A stretch of 64,000 nucleotides of DNA from Camelus dromedarius (Eukaryota): contig NC_087436.1 of assembly GCF_036321535.1 (NCBI RefSeq), forward strand, positions 10,540,001 through 10,604,000. Reading direction: 5' to 3'. The position numbers and the translations under genes are program-made. The notes under the pieces are model-generated. The model did no database searches, was not told where the DNA came from, and was given only the letters and a program-made list of their open reading frames with translations. Within the stretch, counting starts at the first letter, position 1. Every line of letters starts with the position of its first letter. Below, one piece after another: positions 1 to 14,149 of the stretch.

Positions 1-944
1 ATCTTACAAACCAAGAACGCCTGAGAAGTCAAAAGGATTCAACCAAAAACACTGAACTGGCTACAATTTAGAAAATACAATTTGTAAAGTTTTAATAATG
101 TCAAATTTGAATACCAAAATGATTTGAAAAGGTTTAGCAAGTTCCAATCCTGGCTTATATCAAAGCACTGTTCTCCAAACAGACTGATAGCAAATGTCTT
201 GTTTCTAAGGACAGCAAAGTGAGGCTACAACAATTTAAGATACTGAATAAGAAATTTAAATGAGCAGAAAAGGAAAACACAGCCTGATAAAAATGTTCTT
301 AAACAGCACAGGATGACATGAATTGCGATAGGAACTAATTCCCCTGACGATGTTTGGAAATTGAGGAGCCCTTCATTCAGTTGCAAGAGCTTAAGTTTAA
401 TCTCGCCTAAGGATAACACTAAAACTCCTCTCATGGTTTCAGACTTAAGATGTTTATGAGTCTACATTGGGGCTGACTTAAGTCATGAGCTCAACAGAAA
501 GGATGTAAATCCAGAAGTTTGTATTTCTGCTCTATTTTTTGCCTTTAATCCAAGGGCACTATATGGTGAATTCTAAAAACTGAGACTCGTCATGGATGTG
601 GGTGTTTGTAAACAATTTGACCACCACTAGAGCCCTCTCATAATGACTCAATGTTAACAGAGCAAAGTAAGACAGTATAATTATATTTAATATGGTAAGA
701 AAGAGTAAGAATGTATTTCAACGGTAATTCAGTGGTGAAATATTTTTCTCAGAATATTACAGCTGTGTTGGATAAAAAAAAGAGACAAAAATAAAAATGA
801 TACCATGATAAAGAAAAAAAATCAATTTTTGATTTATCAGAACTGTTTAATTCTTGGGAAAACCAGAATTAAACTTTTGGAGGAAAATGTGACTGTTATT
901 TCTTTCAATCTGCTAAATTAGATAATACACTTTTTAAAAATTTA

Positions 945-1013
945 AAATTTTTTATTGAAGTATAGTTGATTTACAATGCTATGTAGTTTCAGGTGCACAG
1001 CAAAATAATTCAG

Positions 1014-1050
<37 letters not shown>

Positions 1051-1180
1051 TATATATTCTTTTTTCAGATTCCTTTTCATTACAGGTTATTACAAGATAC
1101 TGGATATAGTTCCCTGTGCTGTATAGGGGGTCCTTGTTATTTATCTATAGTGTTTATATGTTAATCCCAAACTCCTAATA
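945..1180 (-). mobile_element. L1 3' end fragment containing a (CA)n tract
   Basis: T-rich tail then attgaagtatagttgatttacaat...ttccctgtgct, a typical cetartiodactyl L1 3'UTR also seen in other copies in this window. Confidence 0.85.
1016..1046. repeat. (CA)n microsatellite
   Basis: About 15 perfect CA units. Confidence 0.95.
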
Positions 1181-1195
1181 TACTATTTTTAAGTT

Positions 1196-1645
1196 TTATT
1201 TTTTAATTGAAGTATAGTCAGTTTATGGTATTGTGTCAATTTCTGGTGTACACCATAATGTTTCAGTCAAACATACACATACATGTATTCTTTTTCATTA
1301 TAGGTTACTTCAAGATACTGCATAGTTTCCTGTGCTATACAGACGAAACTTGTTTATTTTATGCAGTTAGTATCTGCAAATCTCAAACTTCCAATTTATC
1401 CCTCCCCATCTCCTTTCTCCTGGTAACCATAAATTTGTTTTCTGTGTCTGTGAGTCTGTTTCTGTTTTGTATATAATTTCGTTTGTCTTTTTTTTCCCCC
1501 AGATTCCACCTGTAAGTGCTATCATATGGTATTTTTCTTTCTCTTTCTCATTTACTTCACTTAGAATGATGATCTCCAGGTCTATCCATGTTGCAGCAAA
1601 TGGCATTATTTTGTTCTTTTTATGACTGAGTAGTATTCCATTGTA
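1196..1645 (-). mobile_element. L1 3' end fragment
   Basis: ORF track [18 protein letters not shown] matches the L1 ORF2 end/3'UTR. Flanked by similar ctaatatact..ttttaagtt sequences. Confidence 0.9.
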
Positions 1646-3240
1646 CTAATATACTTTTAAGTTGAGAAAAAATTCTCAAGAATCTTGAATGCTTGGAAAG
1701 GTGCTCTGAACCTCCCACACCTTATAAACAAGAACACAACAACAACATTGGATTTTTCATTTTAAACCAATTTTCTGTACTAAACAAAATATAAGTTTCC
1801 ATTGGCTATTACATAGTGAGGTGTACCAGCCTGCAGGACTTTACCAGAATGTCTCTGGCAGCCAGGTTTCCCAAAACACACAGAAAGCCTGGTGAGCATG
1901 TTTAATTCATCCATTGGTCAGTTCTGTGAACACCTGGGTGTTGGATTAGCGGTGTTTGATTTGATAGCGTTTGAATTTCAAATGTCTCTGTAGTGTATTC
2001 TCATAACTACATTAAATAGATATTTCAGCTAAATAGAGAAGTTCATGAAGAGTGATGAACTCTCCTTTTAATACCAAATGACACACATCAACAGAGATTC
2101 TTCACTGAGCAAGCAGCTCCTTTGCTTCCATTTTATTGCCGTGGAGTGGTTGCTTTCCACATTTTCTTTCAACAAACTTTTTTTCAACACTATTTTAGAG
2201 GAAAATCCCTCCCCAACAAAGGCTAATTCAGTCCATCATGTAAACCACAAGACAGTTTTATCCAAAGAAAAGCTATAGAGTAGAAGAAACTTTGTCAAAG
2301 ATGAAGTAATTCTGTAAGTAGACAAATGCCAGATATTTGGACCTCTTGGCAGGGCTCGAAGCAAGTCCTTCTGAAAAAAGGTGTTAAAATAAGGCTTTGA
2401 AGAGCCCAGTAATGGTGGCCCAGGGTTGCTTAGCTGCACAAGATAAGTGTACTTCGTATAATAACCTCTTGGAAATACATTTTGGAAGATCAGTTGACCT
2501 CACTTCTAGTTGCTTACTTGAAATAACACACACTTTCCCTTCAAATCAACAAAATACGTTATTTATGATTCCTTACTATGTGCACCACTATGAAATCCAT
2601 TTTCAAAATGAGCCACTTAAAAAACATTCAAGAGCTATATCCTGCCAACTTGCCTTCAATTCCCTATAGGTATTTCTGAATTTCTCTCTACATGCTTTTT
2701 GCTTTCTGCATATTTAAAGTACATTAAAATTACACTTTGCTTTCAATAATTAAAAGTTCTATATGGAAAATGTTTAGTAGTTCTTTTACGATGTCTTATT
2801 GAAAATTACTTTCTATTTCTCCTAGATGAACATTCCAGTTTTTATTACAAACTAGTTGTTGCACTTAGAATTAAGCAAGAGAGATGGACACTATCTTATA
2901 TGCTATCTCACCCCCATAGGTCTTAAGATCTATTCACTGAAAGCCAGCATGTAAATCTATTAAATCAATTCATTTAAATCTATTTAATCTAAAATTAAAC
3001 TATTCAAAGATGATAGTGTATTCTTATATTTCTAGGCTAAAGCAATTTTACTGCAAATAGGCATTCATGATTTTGCAATATTAAGCTCCTATAATTATAA
3101 AGGTGATATGTTGGGATTGTAGACATTTTATCAAAAACTAAAAGAAAGAAAATTTAAATCACCTGCATTCTATAATGCAGACATAAATACTGTCAATGTC
3201 TTGGTAGTTTCTTTCCAGTATTTTCAGAAAGAATAGGTAG

Positions 3241-3308
3241 GGATGGATAGATAGTTAGATAGACAGATAGATAGATAGATAAGAGGTAAACAGATGGACA
3301 GATAGATA
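3241..3308. repeat. Imperfect (GATA)n repeat
   Basis: gatagatagatagat units. Confidence 0.8.
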
Positions 3309-4039
3309 CTTTATTTTAGAAAATTGGAGTCACACTGCTTATAGGCTTTTTTATTGCTTAACATTATATTGTATTTTGTCCTGTCAAAGATTCTTAGAGT
3401 ATTTTATTTTTAAGAATATGGTTTAGTTGTAAAACGTATCTAAATCAAGTATTCATTAATCCATTCAACAAATACTTGTTGAGCATCTACTTTGTGCAAA
3501 GAATTGCACTCCACAAATGGAATATAGAAAGATTTGCACAGCGTCTCCTAGACCTATGGTCTAGGGGATGAAGTGTCATATTCAAGGAGCTACAACACAA
3601 GACAGAAAGAACTTAAATGCTATAATAGGAATGATAAGCTTTACAATTTTGGAGGAGGAAGAAATTCACACCCTCATTTTGAGAGTAATGAAAGGAGTCA
3701 GTCCATCTGAGCCGAGCCTTCAACGTCAGCTGGCCTTTGGACATGAGAGGCGAGAAGGAGCATTCCAACTGAAGGGGCAGCACGAGTGAAGGGAAGAGGC
3801 AGGATGGACACAGCATCTCAGCAGGTGTGACACAGTATATTCTGATTCATGGGCACAGGCCTCTCCCAGAACAAGAACAGTGAAAGAAAACAGCGTAGGG
3901 ACAAAGAAAGGATTTTCCCTTTCTTAATTCCTGTGGACGTTTTACTTACTCTCTTTAACAAAGCACATGGAGAGCCAAGAAGGTCTCCTACAACTTCACA
4001 AACATGCATTCCCTTGATCATTCTGACACTGTGAGTATA

Positions 4040-4170
4040 ATATTTCAGATGAGGAAACCGAGGGTGGAGAGAATGGAAACTTGACCACAGGGACCCAGCC
4101 AGTGGGTTCCAGAGATTGATGTCATACCCAGGAAGTTTCACCTCAAAATTCAAGCTCTGATGTTCTTCCC
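4040..4170 (-). mobile_element. MIR SINE fragment
   Basis: MIR core ttcagatgaggaaaccgagg. Confidence 0.6.
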
Positions 4171-5027
4171 CCCCCATCACTTATAATTAGCTCATAATGT
4201 AACAAACTTGTGAGAAAGAAATTGAACAGCCACATAATGTATAGTTACACCAAGTTTATTTTCGTAGATACCCCTTTATCTCCATGAGTCAGTTGATTTT
4301 TGGTCCAGCCCTCTGGGTACAAGTATGAAATAACGAGACAATGACTCATACCCATGAGCAAAACTCTGCAGACTCTCAAGCCTCAACAAGTTTGCTCAGG
4401 TCCCAGAGGCACAGGTGAGCTTTCCTGGTCTTGCTCTCCAGTGGACTTGAATTTGGTCCCCCCTGTCAGGACTGGCATCACTACCGATCAGCTTCTTGTC
4501 ACAGGAAGTGGAAGTGTTTGACCAAAGAATGTGAGATTTGAAATCTGTTTTTCTATTTACCTGACGATATGTCCTGGCAGATACCGCATTCAAGAGAGGG
4601 AAGGCAAAGAGCAATAAGGAAAAACAGTAGAAAGTTTGTTCATACATGAAGCCATTAAGCCCAGAAGCACAGATGTGTAGCACTTATTAGGGACCCAGGG
4701 GCCATCACGTTTACCTCCTACACAGAACATTCATTCCTCAGACTGCCAATAACTCAGCCATGGAATGTTCTATGCAGGTCCAAGTGGAATACCTCCATCT
4801 TTACTTAGACTTGAAGAAATAGTTATCTGGCAATGGAAATTATTCTTCTAAATCAACAGATTGCTACATCACTTTTTGTATTCAACATAAATATAAGATG
4901 CGTTAAAAAAGAAATGAGATCAAGTGAGATATATCCAGAATTTTGTTCAAAAGACCAAATTGAAATAATTACCAATGAAAATCTGCATCTGTTACCCTTT
5001 CAAAGAAGCCCAGAGACTGAACTTTAA

Positions 5028-6110
5028 GAAAGGAAACCATAAACAAAATGAAAAGAAAACCTACAGAATGAGAGAAAATATTTGCAAATGATGCAACCGA
5101 CAAGGGGTTAATTTCCAAAATATACAAACTGCTCATACAATTCTATATTAAAAAAACAAACAACCCAATCAAAAATGGGCAGAAGACCTAAATAGACATT
5201 TCTCCAAAGAAGACATACAGATGGCCAGCAAACACATGAAAAGATGCTCAACATCACTAATTATTAGAGAAATGTAAATCAAAACCACAATGAGGTATCA
5301 CCTTACACCAGTCAGAATGATCATCATTAAAAGTCTACAAATAATAAGTGCTAGAGAGGGTGTGGAGAAAAGGGAACCCTCCTACGCTGTTGGTAGGAAT
5401 GCAATTTGATGCAGCCACTATGGAGAACAGTATGGAGGCTCCTTAAAAAACTAAAAACAGACTCACCATAGATCCAGTAATCCCACTCCTGGGCATATAT
5501 CCATAAAAAACAAAAACACTAATTCAAAAAGATACATGTACCCCAATGTTCACAGCACCACTATTTACAATAGCCAAGACATGGAAGCAACCTAAGTGTC
5601 CATTGACAGATGACTGCATAAAGATGTGGTATATATATGCACAATGGAATACTTCTCAGCCATAAAAAGAATGAAATAATGCCATTTGCAGCCACGTGGT
5701 TGGATCTAGAGATAATCATACTAAGTGAAGTAAGTCAGAGAGAGAAAGACAAATATCATCTGATATGACTTATACCTGGACTCTGTAAAAATGATATAGA
5801 ATGAACTTATTTATAAAACAAAAACAGACTCACAGACATAGGAAACAAACTCATGGTTACCAAAGGGGAAAGAAGGCAAGGGGATAAATTAGGAGCTTGG
5901 GATTAGCAGATACACACTACTATATATAAAATCAATAACCAAAAAGGACCTACTGTACAGCACAGGGAACTATATTCAATATCTTGTAATGACCTATAAT
6001 GGAAAATAATCTAAAAAAGAATGTTATATACATGTATAACTGAACCCACTATGCTGTACACCTGAAACTAACACAACAGTGTAAATCAACTATACTTCAA
6101 TTAAAAAAAA
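5028..6110 (+). mobile_element. 5'-truncated L1 (ORF2 C-terminus plus 3'UTR)
   Basis: aatgaggtatcaccttacaccagtcagaatg; gtgtggagaaaagggaaccctcctac; ends ttcaattaaaaaaaa. Confidence 0.92.
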
Positions 6111-6534
6111 TACATTGGCAAAAAAGAAATATCTAGCAATTTTCATGTGAAAACAGAGGATGAATATTTGGGTAAAACATACAAGGTAAACAAGATTGAA
6201 GTTTAAGCGTGACAGACCTTTATTAGACCTTTTCTTTCAGAGTTAACTACTCATTTTGGGGGATATAGTTTAATTATTAGTTAATAACCTATTACTTGCT
6301 TGCTAATTGGAACATGTGAACAGAAACCTTGACATTAATAAATGCATACTAGCCATGGAGAAAAAATAAAATTTCTAATATATAAAACATTAATCATTAA
6401 AATTTCTAAGTCCATTCCCAAAGCATTTCTTACCCCCCGAAGTATTTAGTTTCAAAGTACTCTGAGTTTTTTTTTAAGTTGCTTTCAAGTTCAGAATGCA
6501 AATAAAAACAAGTTGTATAAAATACACTTTGTAA

Positions 6535-7230
6535 ACTTTTTAATTGTGGTATCATACATATAAAGTGGAAAATTCTTAGTTGAGCCCTTGCTGCGTTGAC
6601 TAAATTAGCATAACTCTGTAATTACCTTTTAGGTCACGATGTAGAACACCCAGTTAACATCCCTGACAAAGGTAACCATCATTCTGACTCTAAATAGCCA
6701 CAGGTTGGTTTTGTCTGTTTTTGAATTTCATATACGTGGAATCATACATTAGGTATGTTTTAATGTCTGGCTTCTTTCACTTAACATTTTGTGAGATTTG
6801 TCCACGTTTTTGTAAGCAGTTATAGGTTTTTTAAAAAATATTCTGCCTCATATGACTAGAACATATTGATCCATTGACTATAATGTATTTTGGTTATAAT
6901 AATGCTGCTAAGAGCATCATTGCACACGTGCACCTATGTTTAGTGACATATGACATGTGGACTCTTCTCTGTCAGACACATATACAGAAATGAAATTTCT
7001 GGGACACAGAATATGCCTCTGTTCAGCCTTAGTAATTCTGTCTTACTATGGTTTTATCAATTTACACCGCCTCCCCATCATTCTGCATGAGAATTCTAGT
7101 TACTCTACATTCTCACACATACTTAGAGTTGTGACTATTTAATTTTTTTTTAATGTTAAACATTCTGGTGTGTGTAGTAATGATGTCTAGACCCTCATTC
7201 AAGATTTAATTTGCATTTCTCTGACACTAA
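6535..7230 (-). mobile_element. Old L1M-type fragment
   Basis: ggaatcatac...gtctggcttctttcacttaacat; taatttgcatttctctga. Confidence 0.65.
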
Positions 7231-9446
7231 GACATTTGTATTTTAAAGAGATTAAAAGATGGAAAAAGTTTGTCACTTACAAACTAGAACTTGAGCTGAT
7301 GTGAGGAGAAACTCCTTACCGTCCATGAGAACGTCTCCCAAGGGAGATGACCAACTTGATCATCATTCAGAAAATTCTAGCAGCATTAGAGTGAAAAGAG
7401 CCCTAGAAAAGAATGTGTAGTGCAGAGAACTGTCGAGTGTTACTGAAGATGGCAGGCTGGAAATGCAGTGGTGGCAAAACCAATGCTAATTTGAAGCTAT
7501 CAAAATGCTATATTGCCAATCACTCCCATCACTCCCAAATTTAGATAAATATCTTGGATTGGGGAAAAGAAGTTTTCAAATACTCCCATAATTTTTTTTT
7601 ACTTAAGATGAACTTAAATGTGGGTCTTTCCTTTCATTTTATAATGAGACTTTGCACTTCTCACATGTAAAATGGGGCAGGGCTACTGGGTGTGTTCATG
7701 CTCCCTCCTCAGATGACATCCGCTCCCACCGCCCGTAAGAAGGGAGGAAGGAAGACAGAAGGAAGACAGACCTGCCAGATTGCAATTCAGGCTTCGCAGC
7801 TGAGATGAAAGCAATTTCAATTCAAAACAAACTGCTGGGGCAATCTTTGTAACGAACTTATAAAAGTATTAACATCCATTTAGTGTGAGAATTAGGATAT
7901 TATATCTTGGCTACAAAACTTGCACATAAGGAAAAAAAAGAGAGAGAGAAAAGAGGTTGCTTTGCACTCATGAAGCCAAGCAAGTGTTAAGTCGTAGAGG
8001 TGCCTCCTTTCCACTGTCAAAGTGCGTATCTGGGAGATTGGTGTGTATGACTTAATGATCCTGACAGATCATGTTGAACGATCTTAGCATGTTTGAGACA
8101 TAGCTTTTCCCCTTCTAAAGTGAAACAGATTCATCGTTAGCATACAGAGTAATTTTAGAGTAATATACAAAGTTAAAGCAAATTAAGATAGAAATTGTCC
8201 TGGAGAAAGAAAGATAGGAGAACTTTTATGGATTCTTGGTAAAATCAGAAAAGTACTCTGGGGTTACTGTGTCTCCATTTTATAAGGATTCTAAGATGAA
8301 TAAGAACAAGCTGATTTTTCAGATTAGTTTCTCTTCCAACACAGAGCGTGTGCACTCAGGCAGGTGAAGACTCATGAGCAAAGGGTTCCATTCCAATACT
8401 GAGATTTAAAATTGTTTTCTCTGCCAAAGGAAATATGAGGAACAACAAGCTGTATGTTTTCTGTCTCTTATCTGTTGTCTGAGTTCTCCTTCTATGATTG
8501 CCCACTTCCGAATTACGCGTGTGATGCCTGAATGGTGTCTGCAGAGTTCACGTTAGAAAAGTCTCCATTAGATGTTCAAGCCCTTGAATGATCTCTTCTG
8601 TGATTCTTTTATGTAATTCTCTACAGTAGAGAAAATGGAAGCACACTGCCTTTGTCAACTTCATCCCTCCATCCTTTTTGTGTTCATTGACTTTCCCCTC
8701 CACAAATACCTAGTGTTATCTGTAAGCATCTCATCTGCTGTGTTCAAGGAATAAAAACCCACCAACACAGTACCTTTGCCCCAAGTCAACATCCCGAGAG
8801 CGAGGACAAAAACAACAATAGGAGACAAAGCAGATGACAAGTGCTGGGAGAGGTGATGAGAAAATGAAAGGGAGGAAGAGTCAAGCATGGAGGCAGAGGA
8901 ATCTTAGCCGTTGTATGAACTTGACAACGTTTATAATTCTAGGGTAGCTGGTATTTTGATGCACATTTTACAGATGAAAAAACTAGGGCAGAAAGAATTT
9001 AATTGACTTGGGGTAGTCCAAATGGCATCCTCACAGCTTTGGAAAGGTAAGTTGCTATATTCTCTTGGACCAAAAACTGTGCATAGAAATGACATTTCAA
9101 TTATGTGTGGAGCAGCCTTTGAACAAAAAACTTTAAAATCTTGATTTCAGTTGTATATTAATATTACAAAGACTGTCTAGAAACATATAATATGTCAAGT
9201 AAGAAAATGAAGAAAAATAGCACCTGCGGAGAGCGGTAAAATCTACTGTAAGCACATTAACTTTCTTTCACTGGGTTTTTAATTTTCAATGTAATGTAAT
9301 TTAGAAAACATAATGGCCTTAATATAACTGGAAATATCACTTTTCTAATATTTTGTATACTGTAAGAATTGTCCTCAAGATGCCAGTGGAACAAAATAGA
9401 AGAATAAGACAGTGATATTTAATTTAAGTAACTTTGTAACCTTTAA

Positions 9447-9576
9447 ATAGGGAGATCATACAATTTATGACCCAAACTGGAATACTCTTGAGATGAAAAA
9501 GGGGCTTTAATAAAAATCATCCAAGCACAGCCGATGCAAGCTGGGATTATCCTAAACAAGATGGGATGTGTGGTCT
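9447..9576. mobile_element. hAT-Blackjack MITE (MER94-like)
   Basis: tagggagatcatacaatttatgacccaaactgg...gagatgaaaaagggg...gggatgtgtggtc resembles the MER94 consensus as I recall it. Confidence 0.55.
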
Positions 9577-9580
9577 GAGG

Positions 9581-9946
9581 TGTTACAAGCTTAAATGCAT
9601 CCCCTCAAAATAGCTACGTTGAAGTCCTGACCCCCAGTAGTTTGGAATATGACTGTCTTTGGAGATAGGATCTTTAAAGAGGTAATAAATTTAAAAAGTT
9701 ATCTTTAGAATGGGCTTTAATTCACTATGACTGGTATCCTTACAAGAAGAGAAGGTTGGGACACAGATTACAGGGCCACAGGGACAACTGTGTGAGGGTA
9801 CAGTGGGAAAGTGCCTGTCTATAAACTACAGAGAAAGGTCTCAGGAGAAAGCTTGATCTTGGATCTCCAGCCTCCAGAAATAAACTCCTGTTGGTTAAGC
9901 CATCCAGCCTGTGCTATTTGTTACGCAGCCCTAGCACACTAATACA
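9581..9946 (+). mobile_element. MaLR LTR (MLT1B-like)
   Basis: TG...gttgaagtcctgacccccagta...gcagccctagcacactaataCA. Confidence 0.8.
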
Positions 9947-10289
9947 GCATGCCTGTCAGGTACTTCATTCCAAAAGCTAGAAAATAGTTGCTCTCAATTT
10001 TAAGGGTACAAAACCACATAACTAAAATGCAGATTTCTGGGCCTCACTTCCAGCCTACTAAATCAGAACATCTAATTATTGTAGGATTATCTGAGGTGAA
10101 GGCCTAGGATTGTGATGTGTTATTTTAAGCAGTCTACAGCCATAGTTTCAAAGGAGCTCATCTTCAACCAGAAAGTTTTCTTCTGATTATGAAAAGGAAC
10201 AATTGAAATATATTTTAAGAGAGCTTAGGTAGATTTTTCCTAATCAAACTTGCATTGGAATTATATTTCTTCTATATCAGCTATGTTTC

Positions 10290-10432
10290 TTCTCTTTTTT
10301 CCAGTTTATTAAGATATAAGTGGCATTTAATACTGTGAACACTTAAGGTGTACAACATATTGATTTGATATACTTATCTATTGCAAAATGATTACTGCCA
10401 TAGGGTTAGCCAACACCTCCATCAATGTCACA
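10290..10432 (-). mobile_element. L1MA-type 3' end fragment
   Basis: ttaaggtgtacaacat...gatttgatatac...ttgcaaaatgattac. Confidence 0.65.
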
Positions 10433-10623
10433 TACAGCTGTGTTGATCTTGATACTTAACATTATGGTATAGCAGTTATAAAACTAGATTACTGAGTGCA
10501 AACCACTCCTTTGCTATGTCTATTCAAACAAGTCCTTGACCTCTCTGAATCTTTCATCTATATAATGGGAATAATAACAATGCCTGCTGCACAGGATTAT
10601 TGTAAATGTTAAATAAATTATTA

Positions 10624-10874
10624 CATTCTTCCCTTGGTTTCTGAGGGAGGATTGGTTCCAAGAACCACCAAGGATACCAAAATCCATAGATGCTTGAGTA
10701 TCCTAGTTGGCCTCTGTATCTGCAGTTCCACAGCCTTGGATACAACCCACTGTGGATCGTACTTCACAGTATTTATTGAAATACTCCAGTAGTACTCAAG
10801 TATTTATTGAAAAAAATCCCCATATAAGTGAACTCACTCAGTTCAAACCCATATTTTTCAAGGGTCAACTTGTA
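10624..10874. mobile_element. TcMar-Tigger MITE (MER2-like) inserted in a MIR
   Basis: gattggttccaagaacc...ggataccaaaatcc...cagttcaaaccc...ttcaagggtcaac; MIR-like sequence on both sides. Confidence 0.7.
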
Positions 10875-11464
10875 TATGCAAAACACTTAAACTAGTGCCT
10901 GTACAGAGAAAAAAAATCCATAAATAATAATAGACCTGTATGGACATTAAACTTATCAAATATCTCTGTCCTTTCCTGCTGCAATAATTTTGTTGTTGAT
11001 GTAATCGACTTGATTTAGCAATCCTTTTTCAGAAAATCTCTCCCAGCTCATCTTTCTCTTCCCTAAAACACAGCTCAAAATCCATGTCAATTCCAATGCT
11101 ACTTAGATTTACATCCATATCTCAATGGTAACAAATTTGAATACATTTGGACAAATTGTATGATAGCATCATAGATTGATTGTAAGACCCAAGAGATTTG
11201 GAGCTGTAATAAATGGTAGAAATTGTCACCTACTCTTCATAGTGGATTAAGTGATATGCTCAATACCACATGCATTTTTACAAAGCCAGGGCTGGATCCC
11301 AGGTGTCCTGATGTCCAGAGCACTGTTATGTACTTTTAGCATGATTGTATACCTCCTTGCTCAATTAGGATACTTTGGAGAGAAAAAGACAATAAGCGTT
11401 AAAAACACAGTGGGAAAACAGACATAAATTAGGACAGTCCCAGGAAAGCCAGGATTATCACAAC

Positions 11465-11795
11465 AGACTGAATATTTGTGTTCTTCCACAATCTATATAT
11501 TGAAATCCTAACCCCCATTGTGGTGGTATTAGGAAGCGAGGCTTTGGGAGGCTATTAGGTCATGAAGATGGATCCCTCATGAGTGGGATTAGCGCCCTTA
11601 AAAAAAGACACGAAATCTTGCTTCACTCTTCCACGTGAGAACAAAGTGAGAAGATAGTTGAGAATCTCACCAGAACCTAACCATGCCGGTATCCTCATCT
11701 CAGACTCCCAGCCTCTAGAAACTTGAGAAATAAATTTCTGTTGTTTATAAACCACATAGTCTATGTTACTTGGTTACAGCAGCCAAAACTAGACA
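11465..11795 (+). mobile_element. MaLR LTR (MLT1A-like)
   Basis: ttgaaatcctaaccccc...cagcctctagaa...aataaatttctgttgtttataa...gcagccaaaactagaCA. Confidence 0.8.
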
Positions 11796-12128
11796 ATTAT
11801 GGTCTATCAGTCACAGTCACAGTCTCACAGATAAAATAGAAATGGCATCAGGTATTTTAATATACAGAATTTAACACAGGAAATTTGTTACACAAGGTTA
11901 CAGAACTGGAAAAACAAAAAGGGAAAAGCAACTATCATTTCCCAGACTAGGGAAATACAAGAAAAGATTCTGAAATTTTTAAACCTTAGAAGTTTGAAGA
12001 AAGGGCACCACAGACCTGAGATTCAAATCATTTTGAGAAAAGGTACCACAGGCTGCTGCCAATACCTCAGAAACTCAAGGGAGGGTCCCAGCAGAGTTGG
12101 GAATAAGACCTTTGAGGATGATGTCCTA

Positions 12129-13166
12129 TGTCACAATTGATTTCATATGTCAACTTGACTGGGCCATGGTGCATAGATATCTGGCCAAACATTATTCTGG
12201 ATGTCTTTGGGAAATGTTTGTCTATCCTATGCTTGTCCCATCATCAAATTTGGGAAGCACATAGCTTGCCTACCTTGAGTCTCACCCATACCTGATTTAG
12301 ATGATATTTAAATGAGACTCTGAACTTTAAACTTTAGAGTTGATACCAGAATGAGTTCAGACTTTGCGAACTGTTGGGATGGAATGAATGCAGTTCACAT
12401 GCAATAAGGACACAGATTTCAGGGGACCAGGGAATGTTATGAACTGAATTGTGTTTCCCCCAAATTCATCTGTTGAAACTCTAACCCCCAAACCCTCTAC
12501 CTGCAGAGTCTTTAAGAGGTAATTAAGGTTAAATGAGGTCATAAGGTTGGGGCCCTAATCCAATAGAATTGGTGGCTTTATAAGAAAAGGAGCAGAAGGA
12601 AATCTGTCATTCCCTCTGCCATATGAGGACACAGAGAGAAGGTGGCCATCTGAAAGCCAGGAAGAGAGCTCCCACCAGAAACCGAATCAGCAGAACCTTG
12701 ATCTTACACTTCCAGCCTTCCAGAACCATAAGAAAATAAATGTCTGGTGTTTGGTGTTTAAGACACAAAGTCTATTTTTTTGTTTGTTTGTTTTTCTGTT
12801 TGTTTTGTTTTGTTTGTGATAGCACCCAAGCTAAGACAGTATTTTTTGGATGAGATTAACATGTAAATTGATGGATTCTGAGTAAAGCCAATTGCCCTCC
12901 ACAGGATGGGTGAGCCTCATCCAATCAGTTGAAGGCCTTAATAGAACCAAGATTGACCTCCGTGAGGAGAAAGAATTCTTCCAGTGGACTTCCTCTGGAC
13001 TCAAACTGCAACTCTTCCCTGAGTCTGCAGATGGTCAGTTCACCCCATCAGATTGTGGATTTGCCAAGTCCCCATAATTAAATGAAGCAATTCCTTAAAA
13101 TAAACCTCTCTGTGTATGTATACACATCCTGTTGGTTCTGTTTCTCAGGAGCACCCTCATGAATAC
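12129..13166 (+). mobile_element. MLT2-type (ERVL) LTR interrupted by an MLT1 internal-plus-LTR piece (about 12215-12838)
   Basis: tatgtcaacttgactgggcc...aacattattctgg resumes at 12841 with tggatgagattaac...catccaatcagttgaaggcc. The inner piece has an MLT1 LTR starting at about 12435. Confidence 0.75.
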
Positions 13167-14027
13167 ATCTGGCTGATCTACGAACCTCAGGAGCTCAGAG
13201 AGGGGCACTAGGAACTCACTCTTAAATCTCTGAGGAGGCCAGTGATGGCACTGCCCCTCAGAGGGTGAGCCCTGTGTGACAGGCTGCGACCTCCGGGGAG
13301 CAGGTGCTAACCACCTGCTCCAGGGGTCGCTGAGTGGGGATGTTAAGTGGGTCCTGGAAACGACCAAAGAAGCTTGAGATGCAAGCCAGCTGCTGCTTAG
13401 TGAAACACCGTTGGCTAAGAGGATACTGACAAGTTTCTTCTTCCTGCCTTTCCCCCTCCCTCCAGGGCCCTCGACTGGGTGAGCTCAAACGGGATCAGCT
13501 GACAAAGGAAAATGAAGCTTTCAGAATCTCATACCCGGCATCTCCAAGCAGAGTGCATAAGAGAGGGTTTGGAGCACAGTCCGTCCGCAGTCAAAACAGT
13601 ACTAATGCAATGCTTCCATATAACAAGTCGCAAATGTATTTCATACAAATGAAAGAACCCTCAGCTTCTCTCAAAAATCCAAACCATCACACTTCCGTCT
13701 CTGGAGACAGTAGTTTATACCTCTCTAGAGATTTCCCTTCCTGCTCTATTTCACTCACTATTTCAGTGCCACCAGAATTTTCTGTAACCTACAGGTGGAG
13801 TTTTGAAGTAAACCACAAGCATGAAGTTTTATATCACATAATAAATAAAATGAGGGGGAAGAAAAAGGAATAAGTGGATACATCTATACAAACATATGTA
13901 CACATGGGTGCTTACTCACATAGACAAACAGGTCATAAAATATACATATTACTTGCATTAATAGTTGCTAAGTGGCGTTCTCATTTTGAACTGGTCATGA
14001 AGCTGTAACTGGTTTTTGTAACTTATT

Positions 14028-14140
14028 TCTTTTTTTAAACTGAAGTACGGTCAGTTACAACGTGTCAGTTTCTGGTATACAGCACAATGTCCCAGTCATG
14101 CATATACATACGTAATATTCATTTTCATATTCTATTTCAC
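14028..14140 (-). mobile_element. Short L1 3' end
   Basis: tgaagtacggtcagttacaacgtgtcagtttctggtatacagcacaa is the reverse of the L1 terminus seen at 39280-39330. Confidence 0.75.
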
Positions 14141-14149
14141 ATAACTTCT

